Origin: Candidatus Bipolaricaulota bacterium
GTDB taxonomy: Bacteria > Patescibacteriota > Patescibacteriia > UBA11705 > DATKZF01
Length of the DNA stretch: 64,000 bases
Assembly: GCA_035528115.1 (NCBI GenBank)
Contig: DATKZF010000003.1
Span: 487,089-551,088 of the forward strand
Reading direction: 5' to 3'
Shown: positions 42,562 through 51,752 of the stretch, one piece after another
How the letters are laid out: each line of letters starts with the position of its first letter
Numbering within the stretch: position 1 is the first letter of the stretch
Notes under the pieces: generated by a model
Databases searched by the model: none
What the model was told of the DNA's origin: nothing
What the model saw: only the letters and a program-made list of their open reading frames with translations
Made by a program: the position numbers and the translations under genes

Positions 42562-44421
42562 CTACTGGTTTGAAGATTTCCATTTCCTCTTCGTGTTGAC
42601 GTACCATTCGCTGATTTTAGCGAAGCGATGCGCCGGAGTGATAATTTGATGAGTGGTCAGCCCGTTGATTTTTTTGCTTACCGGATAAGTGTAGGTGGTA
42701 TTGAACAAGAAAATCGCCGGAGCTTCTTCCGTAAGTATTTTTTGGAATTCAATATAATTTGTTTCCCGCTCTTTCGGATCCGTTACCGATCTGGCGTCTT
42801 CCAGGAATTTGTCGGCTTTCGCGTTTTTAAAGCAAGACAAGTTAAGTCCCGGATGCTTGCATTGGTCCGAATGCCAAAACGGAAACGGATCGGGGTCTTG
42901 CCCCAGAATTTCTCCGTAAAGCAGCATTTGATATGAGCGATCTTTGATGACGTTTTTTTGAATTTCATTGACGTCCAGAATATTGAGGTTTACTTTGACG
43001 CCGATTTGTTGCCAATACTGTTGAATATGCTTGGAGATTTTTTCGAAATCGGTTTGATTGGGCGCGGTGAGCGTAAATTCAAGGTATTCAGCGCCTTTTT
43101 TTCTGACTTGAAACGGATACGCTTGCTCGGAATCCTCGTTTTGATAATCGGTCAGCGCCCAACCCGCGTCATCCAGGATTTTTTTAGCTTGCTCGATGTT
43201 GAAGTCGTATTTTTTGATATCTTCGGTATAGCCGATATAGCCGGGCAGAATCGGGCTGTCAATAACAACGGCTGAGCCGGCGTAAACCGCTTCGGCCAGT
43301 TGCGGCTTGTCAATGGCATAGGCCAGCGCCTGTCTGATGTTTTTTTCTTTCAACGTTTTGTTGTCTCCGCCGACGTTTATGAAAATGGAAACATATTGCG
43401 GCAATGCGAACTCATTGAAATTAAGCCCTCGATTATTGAAAATTTCGGATTTGTATTTTTCGGGCAAGTAGCTGATGCCTTCGATTTTTTTGTTGTTGAT
43501 CGCGTCAATGGCGGAATTGAAATCCGGATAAAATTTAAAAGTTAATTTATCGATCAAAGGCGAAGTCCCATGGTACAAGTCATTTCTGATCAAGCTGACG
43601 CTTTTGAGCGAGCCGTTGGTTTCTTTGGTCAAAGATTTTATTTTGTAAGGCCCGCTGCCCACCGCCTTCAAATTCGCCTCGGCCAAATTGGTGTTGCCCG
43701 CGGGAATGTCCAGCCAGACATGTTCGGGCAAGATGCCGAAAGTCAGGGATTCCGCAAAGGGCGCGAAAGGATTTTCCAGCTTGAATTTTATGGTGGAGTC
43801 ATCTATTTTTTCCGTGGTGACGCCGGCAAAGTTGAAAATCAGAGGGCTTTTCGTTTGTGGATCCTTGATTCTTTCAATGGTGAAAATCACGTCGTCGGCC
43901 GTGAGTTTTTCGCGGTCATCCCAATATAAGTCAGGTTTTAATTTAAGAGTATATTCTTTTTGATCTTCGCTGATTGTCATGTTTTCTGCCAAGTCATTGG
44001 CCAGGACCTGTCCGGGTTCGAATTTCAAAAGTCCGGAAAATAGTAAAAAAGAAAGATCCAGGTCGACATCGTTTGTCTGCGCGAGAATCGGGTTGATGTA
44101 TTTCGGCGCTCCCACCAATCCTTCCGTGTATTCGCCTCCGGGAGCCGCGACCAGTTCTGAATGAGTCATATAAACGTTGCCGGCCAAAGTCAGCCCGCAA
44201 ATCGTCAAAACGCCCAGAAGAATTTTTATCGCCATTGATTCTTTTTTGGAAAAAAACTTGGAGATGTATTTCAATTGTTTTAAAGACGGAACCGCTTTTG
44301 ATTTATTCAAATCTTGCACCAGCTTTTGATCGATCTGGGTTTGATATTGCGCTTGTTTCAGCCGTTCCCGGCGTTTTTTATCGTTTTTACCACGATAAAA
44401 TTTGTGAAAAAAAACATTCAC
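42562..44421 (-). CDS. Peptide ABC transporter substrate-binding protein (family 5)
   Basis: LTADDVIFT, VGSGPY, DPFPFWHS. Confidence 0.9.
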   Translation of the reverse strand: MNVFFHKFYRGKNDKKRRERLKQAQYQTQIDQKLVQDLNKSKAVPSLKQLKYISKFFSKKESMAIKILLGVLTICGLTLAGNVYMTHSELVAAPGGEYTEGLVGAPKYINPILAQTNDVDLDLSFLLFSGLLKFEPGQVLANDLAENMTISEDQKEYTLKLKPDLYWDDREKLTADDVIFTIERIKDPQTKSPLIFNFAGVTTEKIDDSTIKFKLENPFAPFAESLTFGILPEHVWLDIPAGNTNLAEANLKAVGSGPYKIKSLTKETNGSLKSVSLIRNDLYHGTSPLIDKLTFKFYPDFNSAIDAINNKKIEGISYLPEKYKSEIFNNRGLNFNEFALPQYVSIFINVGGDNKTLKEKNIRQALAYAIDKPQLAEAVYAGSAVVIDSPILPGYIGYTEDIKKYDFNIEQAKKILDDAGWALTDYQNEDSEQAYPFQVRKKGAEYLEFTLTAPNQTDFEKISKHIQQYWQQIGVKVNLNILDVNEIQKNVIKDRSYQMLLYGEILGQDPDPFPFWHSDQCKHPGLNLSCFKNAKADKFLEDARSVTDPKERETNYIEFQKILTEEAPAIFLFNTTYTYPVSKKINGLTTHQIITPAHRFAKISEWYVNTKRKWKSSNQ

Positions 44422-44438
44422 AAAGTGTCAGTTTATTT

Positions 44439-44660
44439 TTAGAGAATGATTTGAAGGAAAGATGTTCCCAGGAACAGTATCGATAGAGCGATGGTGAGAT
44501 TGAATAAAGTTTTTTCAATGCCTCGCTTGGTTCTGTACACGGCGCCGCTGCCTCCGAATACTCCGGAAAGGCCGCTGCCGCGATTTTGCAATAAAATAAC
44601 GATCATCAGCAAAACGCTGATAACCATTTGCGAGATAATGATTATGTTTGAGTAATTCAT
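44439..44660 (-). CDS. secG: Preprotein translocase subunit SecG
   Basis: ILLQNRGSGLSGVFGG, RGIEKTL. Confidence 0.93.
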   Translation of the reverse strand: MNYSNIIIISQMVISVLLMIVILLQNRGSGLSGVFGGSGAVYRTKRGIEKTLFNLTIALSILFLGTSFLQIIL

Positions 44661-44755
44661 ATGATATTGACAGCATATATTGAAAACGCGTTTTTGTCAA
44701 TAAGGTGAAAAAACGGTTTTGGGGAACTTTTTAAAAAGTGCTATAATATCAACTG

Positions 44756-45439
44756 ATGAATACCGAACAAAAATTGCGTGACAGACAGTGGTTTAAGTTG
44801 GCCATGATTGTATTGGGCGTTTTTTTAGTCATCATGCTTGTCGAATTGAAATTGCATAATCCTTTCGAAAAAATCAAATTGATAAATCAATCGTCGAATG
44901 AGGAAATTCTCGACATGACGAGCGTAGTTACTTCAAGCGATCCTTTCCTGGGCAATGAACAAGCCAAAATTCAAATAGTCGAATTCGGAGATTTCGCTTG
45001 TCCGTATTGCCGGCAGGCCGCGCCGATCATGCGATCATTGATGGCCGAGTATCAGGATAAGGTTTTTTTTCAATTCAGGGATTATCCGGTGGTGACGACC
45101 GAGTCGATGTGGCTGGCCATGGCCGCGGATTGCGCTGACGAGCAGAATAAATTTTGGGCTTTCTCGGACAAGCTTTTTCAAAATCAAGGAGAGGTCAGTG
45201 AAGAAACCATTTATAATTTGGCGAAAAGCGTAGGCTTAGCCACGGACAGATTTAAAAATTGTTTGACAACACAGAAATATAAAAGCGAGGTGGTCGAAGA
45301 TTTCAATGACGGAGAAGCTTTGAAAATTGAAGGCACGCCCACTTTTTTCATTAACGGCAGAAAAGTCAAAGGCGTCCCGGACGCCGAAATTTGGAGAAGT
45401 CTTTTGGATGAGCTGATCTCCTTATATGAAGAAAATTAA
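44756..45439 (+). CDS. DsbA-family oxidoreductase
   Basis: EFGDFACPYC, GTPTFFING. Confidence 0.92.
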   Translation: MNTEQKLRDRQWFKLAMIVLGVFLVIMLVELKLHNPFEKIKLINQSSNEEILDMTSVVTSSDPFLGNEQAKIQIVEFGDFACPYCRQAAPIMRSLMAEYQDKVFFQFRDYPVVTTESMWLAMAADCADEQNKFWAFSDKLFQNQGEVSEETIYNLAKSVGLATDRFKNCLTTQKYKSEVVEDFNDGEALKIEGTPTFFINGRKVKGVPDAEIWRSLLDELISLYEEN

Positions 45440-45440
45440 T

Positions 45441-45986
45441 ATGAGAGAAATAAGAATACACGGTCGAGGCGGACAAGGCACGGTGACCGCGGCGGAACTT
45501 TTGGCCATGGCGATTTTTCATGACGGCAAATATTCCCAAGCATTTCCATTTTTTGGCGTGGAGCGCCGAGGCGCGCCCGTTGAAGCTTACGTTAGAATAG
45601 ATGATAAGCCGATCAGATTGCGCAGTCAGGTTTATGCCCCCTGTTTTTTAATAATTATGGATATGAGTTTGGCCGAATTGCCGCAAGTGTTTCATGGAGT
45701 GAAAAAAGACGCTATGGTTTTGGTCAACAGCGAAAAAAAATTGAAATTAAAAAATTTCAAAGTTTTTAATGTGCCGGCCACGTCCATTGCCTTGGAAGCC
45801 ATGGGCAATCCGCTTTTGATAAACACTTCTTTAATGGCCGCTTTCGCCGCCATCACCGGTTTGGTCAAATTCGATTCTTTGGTCGAAGCGGTCAAAGACA
45901 GGCTCGCGCATAAAGGCGAAGAGGTGATTAAAAAAAATATCATTGCCATGAAGGTGGCGAAGAAATATATTGAGGAGAGCTTGTAG
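45441..45986 (+). CDS. porC: Pyruvate:ferredoxin oxidoreductase gamma subunit
   Basis: IRIHGRGGQG, FGVERRGAPV. Confidence 0.92.
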   Translation: MREIRIHGRGGQGTVTAAELLAMAIFHDGKYSQAFPFFGVERRGAPVEAYVRIDDKPIRLRSQVYAPCFLIIMDMSLAELPQVFHGVKKDAMVLVNSEKKLKLKNFKVFNVPATSIALEAMGNPLLINTSLMAAFAAITGLVKFDSLVEAVKDRLAHKGEEVIKKNIIAMKVAKKYIEESL

Positions 45987-46041
45987 CTGGTAGGGTGTAG
46001 CTGGTTAGGTGGCTACCTAATAACCTAATAAGCTACAAGCT
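45978..46041. repeat. Gene-less hairpin element related to the four-helix-bundle cassette arms
   Basis: AGCTTGTAGCT...TAGGTGGC/TACCTAA...AGCTACAAGCT. Confidence 0.7.
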
Positions 46042-46047
46042 AATATT

Positions 46048-46326
46048 ATGAAGAACAAATTATCCACAAAACCCGGCACAACCAAATTGAACAATACGGG
46101 CGATTGGCGGACTTATAAGCCGGTGGTTGATCATAAGCGTTGTATCGCCTGCGGCGTTTGTTCCCGCGTTTGTCCGGAAGGGTGCATTTTTTCAGTGGGA
46201 GAAAAAATGCTTCAAAAAGGCGGTAAAGTTTTTTTCGAACACGATTTGGACTATTGCAAGGGCTGCGGTATTTGCGCGGAAGAGTGTCCGGTCAAGTGCA
46301 TTGAGATGGTTCGGGATAAATCATGA
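46048..46326 (+). CDS. porD: PFOR delta subunit (2x[4Fe-4S])
   Basis: TGDWRT, CIACGVCSRVCP, DYCKGCGICAEECP. Confidence 0.93.
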   Translation: MKNKLSTKPGTTKLNNTGDWRTYKPVVDHKRCIACGVCSRVCPEGCIFSVGEKMLQKGGKVFFEHDLDYCKGCGICAEECPVKCIEMVRDKS

Positions 46327-46640
46327 ATCATGGATCATGAAACGAAAGAATATGAGACAGAAAGACAGAGAAACAAGGCCGACGCTGTTGTCATCTCGAC
46401 CTCTCGACCTTGCTCGGGGCAGGCCGAAGCGGAGAGATCTTTTCCTAATTCTTCGGAATAGATTTCTCCAACCCCAATTTTTCCGCCAAAGGCGGATCCG
46501 CCTCGGGCGGATAATTTCCGGTTTCCGGTTTCCGGTTTCTCATTACCATACATCACATTTGTAACTATTCCTGCCTGCGGCAGGCAGGCGTAAAAAAATA
46601 AGGCAAAGGCAAGCTAATTAGTTTTAAGAATTCGTAACGT

Positions 46641-47741
46641 ATGAAAAAATGCATCGAAGGCTCCGAGGCCATAGCCGAAACAATCAAACTCTGCCGGCCG
46701 GAAGTGGTGGCTGTTTTTCCGATTACGCCGCAGACTCATATAATAGAGCATTTGGCTCAATATAAAGCGGACGGAGACGCTGATTATGAATATATCAGAG
46801 CGGAGAGCGAGTTTTCCGCGGCTTCCATTATTTTGGGCGCGGCCGCCATGGGCTCCCGCGTTTACACGGCTTCCAGTTCGCAAGGACTGCTTTTGATGAC
46901 TGAGGTGATTTACAATATCGCGGGCATGCGTTTACCCGTGGTCATGACCGCGGCCAACAGAGCCATTTCGGCGCCGCTGAACATTTGGAATGATCAACAA
47001 GATGTCATGCCGTTTCGGGACGCGGGTTGGCTGATGCTTTTCGCGGAAGACAATCAGGAAGCGGTTGATTTTCATTTGATGGCTTATAAAATAGCGGAAA
47101 GATTTTCTTTGCCGGCCATGGTTTGCGTGGACGGCTTCGTATTAACGCATACCTTTGAAACCGTTGATTTGCCTTCAAGCGCTGAGGTTAAAAAATTTTT
47201 GCCGCGATTTTCTCCGAAAAAAAATTCGGCTTTGGACGTGATTCGGCCGGTAAGTTTGGGGTGTTTTGCCACGCCGGACGATTATCAGGAAATCAGACTG
47301 GAATTGCACGAAGATTTATTGAAAACAAAAGAAGCTTTTTTATCGGAAGCCGTAAAATTCAAACAGATTTTCGGCCGACAATTGAATGTCTGTCAGTATT
47401 ACGGCCCGGCAAACGCGAAGACCGTGATTGTTTCCATGGGTTCGGTTTTGGGCACCATAAAAGAAGCGGTTGATGAGCTGAATAAAAAAAGCGGCCAAGT
47501 CGGCGTTTTGAAAATTACCATGTTTCGGCCTTTCCCGGAAAAAGAAATTTTTGATATTTTAAAAAACAGAAAAAAAGTCATTGTTTTGGACAAGTCGATT
47601 TCTCTCGGTCGCGGCGGAATTTTATTCAATGAAATCAAACAATGTTTGTCAGGATCAAAGGTTGAAGTGAAGGGAGTCGTGGAGGGATTGGGAGGCAGAG
47701 ATGTGACCATGGGATTTGTTTCTGAGCTTGTAGCTTTTTAG
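46641..47741 (+). CDS. porA: PFOR alpha subunit
   Basis: FPITPQT, ESEFSA, SSQGLLLM, GLGGRD. Confidence 0.93.
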   Translation: MKKCIEGSEAIAETIKLCRPEVVAVFPITPQTHIIEHLAQYKADGDADYEYIRAESEFSAASIILGAAAMGSRVYTASSSQGLLLMTEVIYNIAGMRLPVVMTAANRAISAPLNIWNDQQDVMPFRDAGWLMLFAEDNQEAVDFHLMAYKIAERFSLPAMVCVDGFVLTHTFETVDLPSSAEVKKFLPRFSPKKNSALDVIRPVSLGCFATPDDYQEIRLELHEDLLKTKEAFLSEAVKFKQIFGRQLNVCQYYGPANAKTVIVSMGSVLGTIKEAVDELNKKSGQVGVLKITMFRPFPEKEIFDILKNRKKVIVLDKSISLGRGGILFNEIKQCLSGSKVEVKGVVEGLGGRDVTMGFVSELVAF

Positions 47742-47765
47742 CTTGTAGGTTGTAGGTGGCAAAAT

Positions 47766-48134
47766 ATGGAAAAACAAGTAATAAACAGTTATAAGGATTT
47801 GATTGTTTGGCAGAAAGCCATGGACTTGGTGGTTGCCGTTTATAAGCTTACGGATAAGTTCCCAAGAGAAGAAGCGTACGGGCTTACTTCTCAGATGCGA
47901 CGCAGCTCCATTTCCATTCCTTCAAATATTGCGGAAGGAAGAAGGCGCGGAACAAGAAGAGAGTACAGGCACTTCTTAATTGTCGCGTATTCATCGGGAG
48001 CTGAGCTTGAAACTCAACTTGAAATCGCGAAAAGATTAAATTTTTCGGAAGATATCGTTTATAATGTCGCTGCTGATTTATTAGAGGAGATTATGAAAAT
48101 ATTAAATTCAATGACGTCGTCGCTTTATGTCTAA
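47766..48134 (+). CDS. Four-helix-bundle protein (23S rRNA-IVP/bAvd-like)
   Basis: YKDLIVWQKA, FPREEAYGLTSQMRR, SIPSNIAEG. Confidence 0.93.
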   Translation: MEKQVINSYKDLIVWQKAMDLVVAVYKLTDKFPREEAYGLTSQMRRSSISIPSNIAEGRRRGTRREYRHFLIVAYSSGAELETQLEIAKRLNFSEDIVYNVAADLLEEIMKILNSMTSSLYV

Positions 48135-48162
48135 AGCCACCTAATCAGCTAACAAGCTCATT

Positions 48163-50613
48163 ATGAAAATAAAAAAAACAACTCTCGCCATATTATTACT
48201 GGTCATCATGTCCGCGATGTTTGGATTTTCGGAGTTGGCCAAAGCCGCCGACTTGCGCGAAGCCATTCCGAATTTGAAAATTTCCATTCCCACTTTGCAG
48301 GAAGGGTTCCAACAGCCGGTGGTGATCAGCAAATGTCCCAAGGACAAACCCAATTGCGCGCCAAACGAGAAGCAGGCGTTCGCTTCGATTCCGTGGATCG
48401 CGCAGTATGTCAGCGCCATTTACAAATACGCGCTCGGTCTGGCCGCGATAATGGCCACGATTTCCGTGATGATCGGCGGCGTCTTGTACCTGACATCGGC
48501 AGGCAATCCTCAGCGCATCGGCACGGCTAAAAACATGATTATCGGCGCCATCTCGGGCATGGCCATTATTATTTTTTCTTATGTCTTTTTAAATTTGATC
48601 AATCCTGAACTGGTGAAATTAAGCCCGATCGAAATACAAACCGTGCTCGAAGAGCAGCTGGCCACGGGTCAAAGTTGCAGCAGTTTGGGTGGACAATTTT
48701 TAGTGCAGGTCGGCGCTGAAACGACCGATCCCAGTAACGCTTCCAATCACAGTAAATATTTGTGCGGCTCTTATTATCCGGTGTCCGTGGCCGCGGGCGC
48801 GGCCGGTTCGGCCGGAGGATCATGTCTCGGAGATTTTTGTCCGACCGGCAGTTGCGTTGAATTTGAAGGCAATACCCAGTGCGTTAACGCGCTTTTTTAC
48901 GGAACCATCAAGAGAACGGGTTTGGGCAGAATTATTGATAAAATAACCTTGATGGGAATAACTTCGGATAATGAAGTGGTGACGATTAAAGAATATCCGA
49001 TCAGCGGCACGGATTCATATATTATTCCGTTGACCGGAGATATCGACGCCAAGGTCAGAAACGCGCAAAAATTTTTCTTTTTGATTGAAATCAATGATAC
49101 CGACAATTGGGCGTATTGGGCGAAATTCCAAGCCACCAAAAATCAAAGCTTAATGGATTTGATCGGAGACAGAATTGCCGGAGCCTTTACCCCTACATGG
49201 GATGATGACGTTCCCGCTGTCAGAAGCTATAAAGATTCCAATAAGGCGATATTGGGCACGGCTCTGCCCATTCCCGTAGAACTTAGTCAGGCTCTGGGCA
49301 AAGCTTGCGAGACTTGCAGGGTTTTTGAAAGAGATCCGGAGACCTGGCAGCACTGGACGGCAAAGCCGTTTTGCAAGTTTTGGACGGCCGAAGAAGTGCT
49401 GGGCATCATTGGGGCAAACGGCGGACTGGGCATCAGAGTGAATTTCGACACGGATGATTTCCCTGAAGATTATACGAAGGTTGAAGCGGATGAATTGGCT
49501 ATTTACAACACCATGCCTTGCGGGCCGATCTATGGCTGCGATTTGAAATACGAAGAAAATAGCGCATATACGCAGTATGATCCGAAAAAAACCAAAGCCG
49601 AATGCGAAGCAGCCGCGAAATCGTCAGCCGGTCAGACTGTCGGCGGCGGTTCTTGTCAAATAAACGAGGTCTGGACCACCAAAAATGATCCTGACGGCAA
49701 TCCATTGGTTTGCCTGCCGGCGGGCGGTGTGGGTCAATATGAATGGTCCGGCGGCAAGGAAGGAGAGGCCATTGATAACTCTAACCTGGTTAATCCAAAA
49801 GATGTGCAACATTTTGGCGTGGAATTGCATAGTCGATATGCGAGTCTTGGCACTCAATTACCGACCGTGTCTTGCGTTGACGGCACCAAACCGACTTGGT
49901 TGGACGCGCAAGGAGCTTGGGACGCGGTGGGTTGCGAAAAAACTACGGGGGATGTCTATTATTGTTCGGGCAGATGTTTGGGACCGGATAAACAGGTTTC
50001 GTCTACGCCGGGTTCAAAATGCATTGGCGGTGTTTCTTGCTTCCCGTTCAACGGTCAAAAATTGATTTGCAATATGTCATCGCAGACTTGTCAATTCGGC
50101 GTCTGGGGAGATTATTGCGCCAGCGATATTCACTGCGACACTAGTTCCGGCTTTACTTGCAATATGGATCTGAAGGCTTGCGTTAAGAACGGCGCCGGGC
50201 AGCAGTGGCAAGCATGTTCGAGTGATGCTGATTGCGGCGGTTCATTGAAATGCTTATATCCTGCTTATATTGATTCGGATAATGGCGGTTGCGGCACATT
50301 TCCGGAAAGTTTTCCTGAAGCCGCGCGAGGTTCATGGGAAGACGTCAATTATGGTAGCAGCACTAATAATAGAAAAATTTGTTGGGATCCGGCGAAAAAT
50401 AATGACGTAAATGGCCTTTGCGATTGTGAAGCGAATCTTCAATGCGGGTCGGACAATGAGAAATGGTCGGATGCGGAGTTATGTAATACGGACGGTTTGA
50501 ATTATTGCTCTTCGGTTATCGAGGGCGCTAGGTGCGATACGGACAAAGACACGCCGCTGGCCGGAGGATATATTTGCGATGAAAGAAATTATCTAATTAA
50601 AAAAATTCAGTAA
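48163..50613 (+). CDS. Large pilin-like (TrbC/VirB2-type N-terminus) protein with Cys-rich extracellular region
   Basis: Signal peptide, GGVLYLTSAGNP..INPEL segment, many Cys-spaced repeats. Confidence 0.75.
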   Translation: MKIKKTTLAILLLVIMSAMFGFSELAKAADLREAIPNLKISIPTLQEGFQQPVVISKCPKDKPNCAPNEKQAFASIPWIAQYVSAIYKYALGLAAIMATISVMIGGVLYLTSAGNPQRIGTAKNMIIGAISGMAIIIFSYVFLNLINPELVKLSPIEIQTVLEEQLATGQSCSSLGGQFLVQVGAETTDPSNASNHSKYLCGSYYPVSVAAGAAGSAGGSCLGDFCPTGSCVEFEGNTQCVNALFYGTIKRTGLGRIIDKITLMGITSDNEVVTIKEYPISGTDSYIIPLTGDIDAKVRNAQKFFFLIEINDTDNWAYWAKFQATKNQSLMDLIGDRIAGAFTPTWDDDVPAVRSYKDSNKAILGTALPIPVELSQALGKACETCRVFERDPETWQHWTAKPFCKFWTAEEVLGIIGANGGLGIRVNFDTDDFPEDYTKVEADELAIYNTMPCGPIYGCDLKYEENSAYTQYDPKKTKAECEAAAKSSAGQTVGGGSCQINEVWTTKNDPDGNPLVCLPAGGVGQYEWSGGKEGEAIDNSNLVNPKDVQHFGVELHSRYASLGTQLPTVSCVDGTKPTWLDAQGAWDAVGCEKTTGDVYYCSGRCLGPDKQVSSTPGSKCIGGVSCFPFNGQKLICNMSSQTCQFGVWGDYCASDIHCDTSSGFTCNMDLKACVKNGAGQQWQACSSDADCGGSLKCLYPAYIDSDNGGCGTFPESFPEAARGSWEDVNYGSSTNNRKICWDPAKNNDVNGLCDCEANLQCGSDNEKWSDAELCNTDGLNYCSSVIEGARCDTDKDTPLAGGYICDERNYLIKKIQ

Positions 50614-50615
50614 TT

Positions 50616-51530
50616 ATGACAGCCAATAATTCATACCATTCTCCATTTCAACACCTGATCAATCCCGGCCACACGGCTTGCGCGGGTTGCGGTTTGATGG
50701 TGGCCATGATTAATGTTCTCGACGCGCTCGGGCCGAACACCATTGTGGTCGGAGCCACGGGTTGCAGCGAAGTGACCACCAGCAAATATCCGCAAAGCGC
50801 ATTTAAGGTGCCCTGGATTCATTCGGTTTTCGAAAATCCGGCGGCCGTGGCCACGGGCATTGAGGCTGTTTTGAAAAAAAGAGGTCAAGATAAAGACATT
50901 AATGTGTTGGCTTGGGGAGGGGATGGCGCCATTTTTGATATTGGCATCGGTTTTATTTCCGCCGCATGGGAGAGGCGGGAAAATTTTTTGCTGGTGTGCC
51001 TCGACAATGAGGCATACATGAACACGGGCATTCAGTCCAGCGGCGCCACGCCGCTTGACGCTTATACCATGACCACGCCGTCCGGCGAAAAATCCTGCGG
51101 CAATGCGAATTTGAAAAAAGACATGATCAGGATCGCTTTGGCGCATGACGTAGCGTACGCGGCCACGGCCACCATCGGCGATTTGACCGATTTGACCAAT
51201 AAAGTTAAAAAAGCGGCGAAAATAAAAGGGCCGAAATACATTCAGGTTTTAACGACCTGCATTCCCGGCTGGAACGTGGAGCCGAAATTGTCGATCAATT
51301 TGGCCAGGCTGGCTCAGCAGACGGGCATTTATCCGGTTCTCGAATATGAATACGGTAAATTAACCAATGTGAAAAAAGTGGCCAAGGATCGGCCGAGAGT
51401 GGAAGAATATTTGAAGCCGCAGGGCAGGTTCAAGCATTTGTTTTCCAAAAGCGGCAAGTGCCAGAGCGGCATTGAAGCGATTCAAACGTTGGCGGATGAG
51501 AATGTGGAAAAGTACGGGTTGTTGAAATAA
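50616..51530 (+). CDS. porB: PFOR beta subunit (TPP-binding)
   Basis: GHTACAGCG, GGDG, DNEAYMNTG. Confidence 0.93.
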   Translation: MTANNSYHSPFQHLINPGHTACAGCGLMVAMINVLDALGPNTIVVGATGCSEVTTSKYPQSAFKVPWIHSVFENPAAVATGIEAVLKKRGQDKDINVLAWGGDGAIFDIGIGFISAAWERRENFLLVCLDNEAYMNTGIQSSGATPLDAYTMTTPSGEKSCGNANLKKDMIRIALAHDVAYAATATIGDLTDLTNKVKKAAKIKGPKYIQVLTTCIPGWNVEPKLSINLARLAQQTGIYPVLEYEYGKLTNVKKVAKDRPRVEEYLKPQGRFKHLFSKSGKCQSGIEAIQTLADENVEKYGLLK

Positions 51531-51752
51531 AATAAATTAGGCGGCGGCCGCGAAAACGACGAATGAAAATTCGTCGTTTTATTGTAGAGGCGCGCCGCGG
51601 CGCGTCTCTACAATGGCGGCATCGCCGCCCGCGGCCGCCTTTTGACGCCTTTCAAAAATTGTGTTAAACTGATTCGCAAGGTGTTTAACTTCCCGACGAG
51701 AAAAAAAACGAAAAATTTCAAAAAACTTTTCGCCTCACTCGTCGCGTTTTCT

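Noticed and set aside
47766-50613. Diversity-generating retroelement (bAvd-like gene next to a large surface protein)
   Set aside because: No reverse transcriptase and no TR/VR pair with adenine-specific mismatches seen.
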